Origin: Candidatus Moraniibacteriota bacterium
Lineage (GTDB): Bacteria > Patescibacteriota > Minisyncoccia > Moranbacterales > UBA1568
Length of the DNA: 64,000 nucleotides
NCBI GenBank assembly: GCA_023261645.1
Contig: JAHFOO010000001.1
Coordinates: 3,871 to 67,870 of the forward strand
Reading direction: 5' to 3'
Shown: piece after piece, positions 55,564-64,000 of the stretch
Layout of the letters: each line of letters starts with the position of its first letter
Position numbering within the stretch: position 1 is the stretch's first letter
Made by a program: the position numbers and the translations under genes
The notes under the pieces: model-generated
What the model was told of the DNA's origin: nothing
Databases searched by the model: none
The model's input: the letters and a program-made list of their open reading frames with translations, nothing else

Positions 55564-56577
55564 ATGAAAATCTTTTTTTTTGAAGCTACCGAGTCCGATA
55601 AAGATTACCTCACTCCATTGTTTCGGGATCACGAAGTCCTTTTCTTCTCAGAACCACTGACAGAGAAAAATAAAGAAAAGGCACGAGATGCGGAAATCAT
55701 TTCCATATTCATTTATTCGGTAGTGAATAAGGCGGTTATCGAACATTTGGAAAATGTGCGTTGTATCGCGACACGCTCGACTGGTTTCGATCATATCGAT
55801 ATCGATTCATGTGCAGAAAAAAATATTGCCGTGCTGAATGTCCCATATTATGGAGAGAACACGGTAGCAGAACACACCTTTGCCCTCATATTGGCTCTTT
55901 CCCGCAATGTCCATAAATCATACGCTCGTGGATTGAAAGAAAATTTTTCTATGAATGGACTTATCGGTTTCGATTTGAAAAATAAAACTCTTGGGGTCAT
56001 AGGTACGGGACATATCGGACTTCACGTCATCCGTATCGCGAAAGGTTTCGGTATGCATGTCTTGGCCTACGATACGCATCACGACACTTTTCTTTCGGAA
56101 ATACTCCATTTCAATTACGCCTCGTTCGACGAAGTGCTCGCTCAATCGGACATCTTGACGATACACGTACCGTATAATGAACACACGTATCACCTTATCG
56201 GAAGAGAGAATATCAAAAAGATAAAACCGGGAAGCTTGCTCATCAACACGGCACGCGGTGGTATCGTGGAGAATGAAGCCTTGATCGAAGCACTCGACAA
56301 CCACACTCTTTCCGGAGCTGGTCTCGACGTACTCGAAGGGGAGGAATACATCAAAGAAGAACAACAATGTTTGTATGGAGATTGTGATCCGGTGCAGGCA
56401 AGACAGATCGAACAGAACAAAAATCTGCTTAGCCGTGACAATGTCGTGTATACTCCGCACATCGGATTCTACAGTGAAGAAGCTCTCAAACGTATCCTCG
56501 ATACGACGACCGAAAATATCATACAATTCGCTCTCGGGAAAATCGAGAATTCCGTCATACCTCCGAAAAAGAAATAG
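55564..56577 (+). CDS. D-isomer-specific 2-hydroxyacid dehydrogenase (D-lactate dehydrogenase-like)
   Basis: NAD-binding GVIGTGHIGLHV and the catalytic region ...INTARGGIVENEAL...YTPHIGF. Confidence 0.8.
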   Translation: MKIFFFEATESDKDYLTPLFRDHEVLFFSEPLTEKNKEKARDAEIISIFIYSVVNKAVIEHLENVRCIATRSTGFDHIDIDSCAEKNIAVLNVPYYGENTVAEHTFALILALSRNVHKSYARGLKENFSMNGLIGFDLKNKTLGVIGTGHIGLHVIRIAKGFGMHVLAYDTHHDTFLSEILHFNYASFDEVLAQSDILTIHVPYNEHTYHLIGRENIKKIKPGSLLINTARGGIVENEALIEALDNHTLSGAGLDVLEGEEYIKEEQQCLYGDCDPVQARQIEQNKNLLSRDNVVYTPHIGFYSEEALKRILDTTTENIIQFALGKIENSVIPPKKK

Positions 56578-56605
56578 CCCATTTCCGCTTCAGAAGATGT
56601 CTCTT

Positions 56606-56635
56606 CACCTCTCTTTTTTGAGAGGTTTTTTGTTT
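56606..56635 (+). terminator. Rho-independent terminator after the dehydrogenase gene
   Basis: ACCTCTC / GAGAGGT stem followed by TTTTTTG. Confidence 0.45.
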
Positions 56636-56746
56636 GTTACTTCATTTTTATCTTGTGTCTAAAATATGAATGAAACCACTATATATAGTTGAAATTATAA
56701 AAAATGATGAAAAATGGAGTGCTTTTTTCGGCTTAAAGACAGGCAA

Positions 56747-56775
56747 TTTGACACACAGAAAACAACCTTCTATTA
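56747..56775 (+). promoter_or_regulatory. Sigma-70-like promoter (TTGACA, 17 nt, TATTAT) for ahpC
   Basis: TTGACAcacagaaaacaaccttcTATTAT. The predicted transcription start at about 56782 argues against the track start at 56779. Confidence 0.4.
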
Positions 56776-56820
56776 TGGGTGAACAGATCGTTTTATTCGT
56801 TAATAAATAATAATAAAAAT

Positions 56821-57459
56821 ATGCATCAAGAATCATGTTGTGGTGAAGGCAATTGCCAAAACGAACCAGAAGAAATAATCGGATTTTTCCCTGAAATCGG
56901 AAAAACAGTTCCGAATCTTGAATTCGATTATTATCAAAAAGAGAATTTTCATAAGGCGCATTTTTCCGACTATCGTGGCAAGTGGACTATCGTTTTTTTC
57001 TATCCTGCTGACTTCACGTTTGTTTGCCCAACCGAGCTCGAAGAAATGCAGGCTAATTACCAGAAATTCCAGGAATTTGGAGCCGAAGTCCTCTCTGTCT
57101 CCACTGATACCAAATTCACTCACAAGGCCTGGCATGATCATTCGCCGGCCATCAAACAGCTCGAATACCCGATGATCGCTGATCCATCCGGTGATATCGC
57201 AGAAACATTTGGCGTTCTGATCCACGAAGGCGATGATAGTGGATTGGCGCTCCGGGGCACCTTTATTATCGATCCGGATGGAGTACTTCAGGCCTATGAA
57301 GTCAATGCTAATAATGTCGGACGAAGTGCAAATGAACTCCTTCGTAAGCTCGAAGCGGCTATTTTCGTCCGTGAGCATCACGGAGAAGTGTGCCCTGCAA
57401 GCTGGAAGAAGGGTGAGAAAACACTCAAACCAAGCATCGATTTGGTTGGTAAGCTCTAA
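56821..57459 (+). CDS. ahpC: Peroxiredoxin (AhpC/Prx1, typical 2-Cys) with a short Cys-rich N-terminal extension
   Basis: FTFVCPTEL peroxidatic Cys, resolving Cys in VCPASW. The N-terminus MHQESCCGEGNCQNEPEE precedes the Prx fold. Confidence 0.85.
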   Translation: MHQESCCGEGNCQNEPEEIIGFFPEIGKTVPNLEFDYYQKENFHKAHFSDYRGKWTIVFFYPADFTFVCPTELEEMQANYQKFQEFGAEVLSVSTDTKFTHKAWHDHSPAIKQLEYPMIADPSGDIAETFGVLIHEGDDSGLALRGTFIIDPDGVLQAYEVNANNVGRSANELLRKLEAAIFVREHHGEVCPASWKKGEKTLKPSIDLVGKL

Positions 57460-57478
57460 ATAAATAATACATACATTT

Positions 57479-58054
57479 ATGTCAGATATTTACACTGCCA
57501 AAGAGTACACGCATCTCCTCGGACTCGAAGGGTTCTCGGATACATTGCTTACGAATCACTTCACTCTCTATGGGGGGTATGTGAAAAACACCAATGCTCT
57601 TGCGAATCTGCTCGAAACAAAAGAACTCGGTACACCGGAATATGCGGAGTTGACACGACGTTTCGGTTGGGAATGGAACGGAATGCGTCTGCACGAATTG
57701 TATTTTGAAAACCTGAGCAAAGAAGCGGACGCACTCGGAGACGGTTCGTTGAAGGAGAAAATAGAAACGGTATACGGGAACTTCGAAAATTGGAAGAAGA
57801 AATTCGCCAGCATCGGAGCGATGAGAGGTATCGGCTGGGTCGTCCTCTATCAGGATGTCATAAGCGGAAGCCTGTTCTCGACGTGGATCAATGAACATGA
57901 TATGGGACATCTCGCAGGATGTACACCACTTCTCGTTATGGATGTTTTCGAACACGCATATATGACTGATTACGGAATCAAAAAGGCTGACTACATTGAG
58001 ACATTTTTCCGTTCTATCGATTGGACCGTGGTGGAGAAAAGATTTGCACAATAA
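57479..58054 (+). CDS. Fe/Mn-family superoxide dismutase
   Basis: C-terminal DVFEHAYM (DVWEHAYY-type) and the WNGMRLHELYF His ligand. The N-terminal His-rich region is partly diverged. Confidence 0.75.
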   Translation: MSDIYTAKEYTHLLGLEGFSDTLLTNHFTLYGGYVKNTNALANLLETKELGTPEYAELTRRFGWEWNGMRLHELYFENLSKEADALGDGSLKEKIETVYGNFENWKKKFASIGAMRGIGWVVLYQDVISGSLFSTWINEHDMGHLAGCTPLLVMDVFEHAYMTDYGIKKADYIETFFRSIDWTVVEKRFAQ

Positions 58055-58068
58055 ATAGAAACAAAAAT

Positions 58069-60684
58069 ATGATACTGACCAAAGTAAAACGACGTGATGG
58101 CGAAGTGGTTCCTTTTGATCGATTGCGTATCGAAAAAGCTATTGAAAGCGCTTGTGATGCCACAGGAGAAATGGACAAAGATTTCATACCGAAGATAACC
58201 GATGAGGTTATAAATGACCTCATTCTGACCTGCAGAGAAGATGCTGATACCCATATTCCTTCCGTGGAGACTATTCAGAATTTCGTCGAGAAACATCTGA
58301 TGAGAGAGAGTCGCTATGAAATCGCCAAGGCGTACATTCTTTACAGAGAAAAACAGAGCGAGAAACGTGAAGAAATAAAAGAACAGCTTATCGATCAATT
58401 CGAGAAGCACTCGATGAAAGTCATCAAAGCGAACGGCACGCAGGAACTCTTTGAATTGAAGAAGATCAAAGCTGTTTTCGATCGTGCCTCCGTTTCTTAT
58501 GAAAAAGAATGTCGTTTTGAAGATCTCATCGAAGCATTCAAGAAAAATATCGTCGATGAGATAAAGACTTCGGATATTAGTAAGCTTCTTGTAAAAACCT
58601 GTGTCGACCTCGTGACAGTGGAAAATATTTCCTGGCAAAATGTTGCGGCACGTATTCTTTTGGGAGATTTGTACAAACAAGCGCTCAAAAATCGTGGTCT
58701 GAAACAGAAAGATATCTACACGAAAGAAGCGTTCAAAACACACTTCGATGATTATATACAGCGCGGATATTATTACAAAGATTTTTACGAATATTATTCC
58801 AATCAGGATATCCTCGACGCAGGAGAGCATCTCTCCCGAGATACGGATATGAATTATGAATATACGACGATTGTCTCTTTCGCTAAACGCTATCTCCTCA
58901 ATCCGAATAAAATCGTCAGAGAATTGCCCCAAGAGATGTATATGTCAGTCGCTTTGTTTCTGGCTATTCCGGAAAAACCTGAGGATCGACTCTCGTTCGC
59001 ATTGAAAGTGTATGAGCATTGTTCCAAGCAACGTATCTCGCTCCCGACACCGACACTCCTCAATGCTCGTACTAATTATCATCAGCTCTCGAGCTGTTTC
59101 AAGATAAGTATCAATGACGATCTCCGTGATATCTACCACGCTGTCGAGAATATGGCACAAATTTCCAAATTCGGCGGTGGAGTCGGAGTCTATTTGGGCA
59201 ATATCCGTTCTCGTGGCAGTGCTATCCGCGATATCAAAGGGATGTCCGGTGGTGTGAATCCATGGGTCAAAGTCATCAATGATACGGCTGTCGCCGTCAA
59301 TCAGCTCGGCGCCCGACTAGGAGCCATTTCCGTCACTCTCGATATCTGGCATCGGGATATCTATGATTTCCTTGATCTTCAGACGGAGACAGGAGATATT
59401 CGCTCCAAGGCATTCGATATTTTTCCGTCCGTTTCCATTCCGGATCTCTTTATGAAAAGATTGGAAGCGGATCTCGATATCGCACTTTTCGATCCGCACG
59501 AAGTGGAGACATTTTATGGAAAACGTCTGCAGGATACATTCAATGAAGAATTCGAAACATTTTATGAAATACTTGAAAAAGACGAGCGTCTCACGATGAA
59601 GAAAGTGGTCAAAGCCAAGGACATCTTCAAAAAATTCTTGAAATCTACCGTTGAAACCGGTATGCCATATGTCTTTTTCCGTGATACTGTCAATCGTCTC
59701 AATCCGAATAAACACGTGGGGAATATTTACTCCACCCAATTGTGTACAGAAATCTGTCAGAATACATCAGTGACGAAATTCGTTGAAGAAACCATAGAAG
59801 ACGGAAAAATCGTCATCCGCTATGAACCGGGAGACCTCGTCGTCTGCAATTTAGCCTCCATCAATATCGCTACCGTGTCGGATCCTGCAGTCATCGCGGA
59901 CGTCTTCCCGACGGTTATGCGTGTTCTCGATAACGTCGTTACACTCAATTACTATCCGGTCAAGGAGGCCGAGCGTACGGCAATGCGTTATCGAAGCGTC
60001 GGTCTCGGATATCTCGGTTTGGCAGAATATCTGGCCGTGAGGAAACTCGCTTACGATAGTGAAGAAGCTCGTACGGAAGTTAATCGTCTCTTTGAGCGCT
60101 ATACGTATCACACGTATCGAGCTTCAGTCGACCTCGCGAAGGAACGCGGACACTATGAACTCTATCCCGGAAGCGAATATTCCAAAGGAATCCTTCTCGG
60201 ACGAGATGAGAAATGGTTCGAGACCAAGACTTCGTTTGCGAAAGAATGGAAGGAACTTTTCCTTGATATGAAAACTTCCGGAGTGCGATTCGCTTATCAC
60301 GTCGCTCCGGCTCCCAACACTTCCACTGCCGGTGTCGTCGGCACCACTGCCGCACTTCTGCCTATCTACAAGAAATTCTTCATCGAAACCAATCTTTCAT
60401 CACCGACTATCCGTGTCGCACCGAAACTTTCCAAAGAAAATTTCTGGTACTACAAGGAATACATCAATATGAATATGAATGATGTCATCGATATGATGTC
60501 GGTCATCTATCCGTGGGTAGATCAGTCCATCTCGTTCGAGTGGATGATCGATCCGACACGCGTCAGTCCTGAGCAACTGTTCAACTACTATATGAAGAGT
60601 TGGAAGCAAGGAATCAAAACCGTCTATTACGTACGCAGTCTCTCGGCAGAGATAAAGGATAATTGTGTCAGCTGTAGTGGTTAG
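58069..60684 (+). CDS. nrdA: Ribonucleotide reductase class I alpha subunit
   Basis: ATP-cone N-terminus (MILTKVKRRDGEVVPFDRLRIEKAI), active-site VCNLASINI and a C-terminal CVSCSG tail. The ATG at 58069 lies 14 nt after the sod stop. Confidence 0.85.
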   Translation: MILTKVKRRDGEVVPFDRLRIEKAIESACDATGEMDKDFIPKITDEVINDLILTCREDADTHIPSVETIQNFVEKHLMRESRYEIAKAYILYREKQSEKREEIKEQLIDQFEKHSMKVIKANGTQELFELKKIKAVFDRASVSYEKECRFEDLIEAFKKNIVDEIKTSDISKLLVKTCVDLVTVENISWQNVAARILLGDLYKQALKNRGLKQKDIYTKEAFKTHFDDYIQRGYYYKDFYEYYSNQDILDAGEHLSRDTDMNYEYTTIVSFAKRYLLNPNKIVRELPQEMYMSVALFLAIPEKPEDRLSFALKVYEHCSKQRISLPTPTLLNARTNYHQLSSCFKISINDDLRDIYHAVENMAQISKFGGGVGVYLGNIRSRGSAIRDIKGMSGGVNPWVKVINDTAVAVNQLGARLGAISVTLDIWHRDIYDFLDLQTETGDIRSKAFDIFPSVSIPDLFMKRLEADLDIALFDPHEVETFYGKRLQDTFNEEFETFYEILEKDERLTMKKVVKAKDIFKKFLKSTVETGMPYVFFRDTVNRLNPNKHVGNIYSTQLCTEICQNTSVTKFVEETIEDGKIVIRYEPGDLVVCNLASINIATVSDPAVIADVFPTVMRVLDNVVTLNYYPVKEAERTAMRYRSVGLGYLGLAEYLAVRKLAYDSEEARTEVNRLFERYTYHTYRASVDLAKERGHYELYPGSEYSKGILLGRDEKWFETKTSFAKEWKELFLDMKTSGVRFAYHVAPAPNTSTAGVVGTTAALLPIYKKFFIETNLSSPTIRVAPKLSKENFWYYKEYINMNMNDVIDMMSVIYPWVDQSISFEWMIDPTRVSPEQLFNYYMKSWKQGIKTVYYVRSLSAEIKDNCVSCSG

Positions 60685-60789
60685 GAGCGATTGGTGGGCA
60701 TGACAGGATGTAAGATGAATCTCTTGTGCTCAAGTCATCTTTCTATGTCGTGATGAGAATAGACTTTTCAACCTAATATTCCAAAAATT

Positions 60790-61833
60790 ATGACAAAAGA
60801 AATAAAAAGGAATCACCTGTTCAATCCGAAAGGAGATGATGACGTAGAAGTACGAACCATCATCAAAGGAGCGACGACAGGACTCTTCAATCTCAATGCC
60901 ACGAAATATCCGTGGGCGAAATCTCTCTATCAAGTGATGATCGGGAATTTCTGGGTGCCGGAAAAAATCTCAGGACTGAAAGATGATGCGCGTATGTTTC
61001 ATACGGATCTTTCAGAAGAAGAACAGAAAGGCTACAAAGGAATCCTTTCTTTTCTGATCTTCCTTGATTCCATACAGACGGTCAATCTGCCACATTTTTC
61101 CGACTACATCACTTCACCGGAAGTCAATCTTATTCTTTCTATTCAGGCTTATCAAGAAGCTATCCACTCGCAATCGTACGCTACCATTCTCGAATCAGTC
61201 GTTGAAAGCAAGGAGCGTGATGAAATCTATTATTTCTGGCGAACCGATAGTGTTCTGCTTGAAAGAAACAAGTATATCGGCCAGATCTATGAGGACTTCA
61301 TTAATAATCCGACCGATGAGACATTTTTTCGTGGTATTGTAGCCAATTTTCTCCTTGAATCGATCTACTTTTACAACGGATTTGCTTTCTTTGATACCCT
61401 CGTCGATAGGATGAAAATGCTTGCCACAGGGAGGATGATCGCTTATATACGCCGTGATGAACTCACACACGTCACGATATTTGCCAACATCATCCGCGAA
61501 ATAAAAAGAGAATTTCCGGAGATTTACGATGAAAAGATGATTCTCGAAATGATGAGCGTGGCTGTCGATCAGGAAATAGCCTGGGGAAAACACATCCTCG
61601 GCAATCGCATCCCCGGTATCAACAGTGAAACGACATCGGATTATACTCACTGGTTGGCGAATAATCGGCTGGCGATGCTCAATATCGGTCCGCTCTACCC
61701 GGATGCCGTAACCAATACTTACAAACACCTCGATCGATTGCAGGATCCCAATAGCGATAAGGGGAATTTCTTCGAAACGACTGTCGTCAATTATACGCAA
61801 TCCAGCAGTATGAATGGCAGTTGGGATTTCTAG
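60790..61833 (+). CDS. nrdB: Ribonucleotide reductase class I beta subunit
   Basis: Diiron ligands (FLDSIQ, EAIHSQSY with the radical Tyr, LLESIYFY, RRDELTHV) and a C-terminal ...SWDF tail. Confidence 0.85.
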   Translation: MTKEIKRNHLFNPKGDDDVEVRTIIKGATTGLFNLNATKYPWAKSLYQVMIGNFWVPEKISGLKDDARMFHTDLSEEEQKGYKGILSFLIFLDSIQTVNLPHFSDYITSPEVNLILSIQAYQEAIHSQSYATILESVVESKERDEIYYFWRTDSVLLERNKYIGQIYEDFINNPTDETFFRGIVANFLLESIYFYNGFAFFDTLVDRMKMLATGRMIAYIRRDELTHVTIFANIIREIKREFPEIYDEKMILEMMSVAVDQEIAWGKHILGNRIPGINSETTSDYTHWLANNRLAMLNIGPLYPDAVTNTYKHLDRLQDPNSDKGNFFETTVVNYTQSSSMNGSWDF

Positions 61834-62074
61834 ATGTTAGATTTTCAAGTATTGTATACACTGTTTCATCCCAGTTTTCTTTTTGGAGCACACTCGCTCA
61901 CCCAGCCGTTTCACTCACTCCTGTTTCCCCTTCGCTCTTTTTGCTCTTGAGAAGCAAAAAACCATGCCCACTTTGGGAAAACAAGTCTCCCAAAAGAAAA
62001 CTGGAATGAATGTGGTAGGAGCAAAGTATCAATAACGCTGTTCATTCTTACATTTTCGATTCTTAGGAAAACGA

Positions 62075-62110
62075 AAACTCCTCAATTTCTTGGGGAGTTT
62101 TTTGTTTCAG
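62075..62110 (+). terminator. Terminator-like hairpin downstream of the nrdB 3' structured region
   Basis: ACTCC...GGAGT stem followed by TTTTTTG. Confidence 0.35.
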
Positions 62111-62155
62111 GGAAGAAAAGTATGATATAATTGTGGCACAGTATTATCATAAACT

Positions 62156-63226
62156 ATGTACAAAAATAAAATTCTTTTTCTGCTCATCACTTCTTTCTTT
62201 CTTTTTACAAATAGTATTTCTGCTTTCGCGGCTCCTGTCTGTTCGACTCCGAACACGTGTGAAACTCCGAAAAATGGTGATTGTCCAGGAGGTCGTTTGG
62301 TGGTTAGTGGTGATTGCGGCTCTACGAATATCTGTTGTGCTCCCGCCACTTCTGCTACCACTACGAGTTCCACCACTGGAGGACTCAACTATACCCTCCT
62401 GGAGAAGATCCCCGGGTTTGCGAGTACGGATGGCAGTGATCTCCCTAAGTATATCACCGCTATTTACAAGCTGGCATTGGTCGTGATCGTCCTCTCCGCA
62501 GTACTGATGCTTTCCGTCGGAGGCTTTATGTACCTCACCAGCGCCGGCAATACGTCTGCGATGGGGACAGCCAAGGGTGTCATCTTCGATTCCATCATCG
62601 GTCTGGTCATCGCCCTTGTTGCCTGGCTCCTGTTGAATGTCATCAATCCTGATCTTGTGAAGGTTTCTATCAATGGCCTTTCTGCGGTGGCTGTGCCAGG
62701 AGGTGGTCCTATCCCAGGCCCAAGCCCAGAAGTAATACCACCAGCACCTTCAGTAGGCAAGGTGGCTCTTGCAACACAAATTGCTGGACTTGGAGTGTTA
62801 CAGGGTTCCGGAGAGTGTAATAGCCCTAGCGGTGCTGTATCTCCAAAAAGTGATATACAGAATATAATCGATGGCAAGGCAATGTCTGTTTGTTCTTCTA
62901 CGTGTAAATCTAAAGGTTCTAATGGGTGTACAGATAATGCTGTTTCTGCGAATGAAACAATGCTTAGAGCAATTATTACTGTTAAAAGTACTCTCGGTTT
63001 CATAATTATAAGTATCGCAGGAGGAGCACATTCTCTAACCTCCGATCATTACGCAGGAAACGCTCTCGACATAGCTCCGCCAACCCAGGCCATTTTGGAT
63101 GCTTTCGTAACCAATGGTGCTAAAGCTGATACTGGGGATAAGAAAGGGTCATTTTGCGAGTCAAAAGCTGGAGCACGGGTAGTTTGTTCTAGTGGTCAGG
63201 GTGACCATGTCCATGTTAAATTTTGA
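62156..63226 (+). CDS. Secreted Cys-rich protein with a VirB2/TrbC-like double hydrophobic segment and a C-terminal M15-type (LAS) zinc peptidase domain
   Basis: Signal peptide and an 8-Cys module. Then IYKLALVVIVLSAVLMLSVGGFMYLTSAG...IIGLVIALVAWLLLNVINPDL, two helices pilin-like. A Pro/Gly linker follows. The C-terminus has SDHYAGNALDI and GDHVHV (SxHxxGxAxD ... DxxHxH). Confidence 0.5.
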   Translation: MYKNKILFLLITSFFLFTNSISAFAAPVCSTPNTCETPKNGDCPGGRLVVSGDCGSTNICCAPATSATTTSSTTGGLNYTLLEKIPGFASTDGSDLPKYITAIYKLALVVIVLSAVLMLSVGGFMYLTSAGNTSAMGTAKGVIFDSIIGLVIALVAWLLLNVINPDLVKVSINGLSAVAVPGGGPIPGPSPEVIPPAPSVGKVALATQIAGLGVLQGSGECNSPSGAVSPKSDIQNIIDGKAMSVCSSTCKSKGSNGCTDNAVSANETMLRAIITVKSTLGFIIISIAGGAHSLTSDHYAGNALDIAPPTQAILDAFVTNGAKADTGDKKGSFCESKAGARVVCSSGQGDHVHVKF

Positions 63227-63260
63227 AATTATTTTTTCAACATTTTATCTTTTAAACTCT

Positions 63261-64000
63261 CATGAAAAAGGTTTTCTATTTTTCTCTTGGTTTTCTTTTT
63301 CTGGTCCTCATTTTCTTGGGGGCCTATAATTTCGTGTTTCGGAACAATGTCAACAGTCCTGTTGTCAATCAAGGAAAAAAAATCATAGAAGCACCGGTCG
63401 ATACGACGCCTATCGCCACCAATATCGTCGCCACTATCAATGAAGACATTCTCGGAGCTGTTGTTTCTCCGGACGGATTTCTCTATTATTATTCTTTGGA
63501 CGAACAGGCCTTGAAAAAAGCATCGCTCGAAGGCAAAGACAAATCTACTCTTCTCAGTGATTTCCCCGGAACTCCGATACGCCTACTGTGGTCTCCCAAG
63601 AGAGATCGTGTACTTATTTATTTGAAGCAGACGAATGGACAGAGCATCTGGTATTTCGCCGATCTGGTTACGAAAACACTTGTTCCGCTGAAGGGAGAGA
63701 TATCGCGTATTGCTTGGAACAATCTGGGAGATAAGATTTTTTATCAGTATACTGACCCAAAAAGTGGAGAAAAGACTCTCAATATAGCCAATCCTGATGC
63801 CACAGGATGGAAAAAGATTGCAGACCTCTATCATGATACGTTTATTGCACCCATTCCTCAAAGTGCCAATGTTTCTTTCTGGAGTAGACCGAATGCGCTG
63901 GAAAAAACCTATTTCGAGAGCGTGAGCAGTACTGGAGAGAACCGTCACACGATACTTTCCGAGAGATTCGGCGCTGATTATCTCTGGTCTCCGAACGGAG
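63261..64000 (+). CDS. Secreted TolB-like/WD40-like beta-propeller repeat protein (3'-truncated by window edge)
   Basis: Not in the track because it runs off the window end. Translation MKKVFYFSLGFLFLVLIFLGAYNF... has a signal/TM segment. Repeated LLWSPKRDRVLIY / IAWNNLGDKIFY / YLWSPNG blocks resemble PD40 repeats. Confidence 0.45.

Overview
This 64-kb window is a chromosomal segment of moderate GC content. Its gene content and compact layout are typical of a small-genome, Gram-positive-like or CPR (Patescibacteria-type) bacterium.

The window spans the replication origin. The dnaA and dnaN genes are flanked on both sides by perfect DnaA boxes, and rpmH-rnpA-yidC-jag lies immediately downstream.

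It also carries a dense set of replication and repair genes: a Mur ligase plus FemAB, ruvA, rpsT, holA, mutM, polA, tsaE, ruvB, yebC-ruvC, a dciA-like DUF721 gene, udg, nrnA and rbfA.

Cell-envelope genes include PBP1A, a Wzx flippase, two GT2 glycosyltransferases and two O-antigen-ligase paralogues. Other genes present are rpsA, gmk, tilS, ftsH, rplS and rluD, plus an aerobic and oxidative-stress cluster (a D-2-hydroxyacid dehydrogenase, AhpC, an Fe/Mn SOD and class I RNR nrdAB). There are 10 tRNAs.

Several things stand out:
1. A 0.84-kb non-coding array holds 11 copies of a parS-type 18-bp perfect palindrome (core TGTTCCACGTGGAACA). This looks like a consolidated centromere about 17 kb from dnaA.
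2. A three-gene module (19667-22852) encodes a 7TM membrane protein, a RimK-related ATP-grasp fused to a retropepsin-like domain, and a cyanophycin-synthetase-like ATP-grasp. It is a candidate membrane-associated peptide-ligase system.
3. A 1007-aa covalently tandem PilB/GspE secretion ATPase carries two complete ATPase modules.
4. A dispersed family of GC-rich palindromic intergenic repeats (CCCTGYCTGYCGRCAGRCAGGG) occurs at six sites.
5. Duplicated 3'-end fragments of tRNA-Gly and tRNA-Leu lie next to the intact genes, consistent with att-like remnants.
6. A degenerate DHH paralogue sits alongside a canonical NrnA.
7. One secreted protein joins a VirB2-like hydrophobic region to an M15 peptidase domain.

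No transposase, integrase or cas genes were recognised. ORFs that run off a window edge are absent from the supplied track; I recovered them by direct translation.
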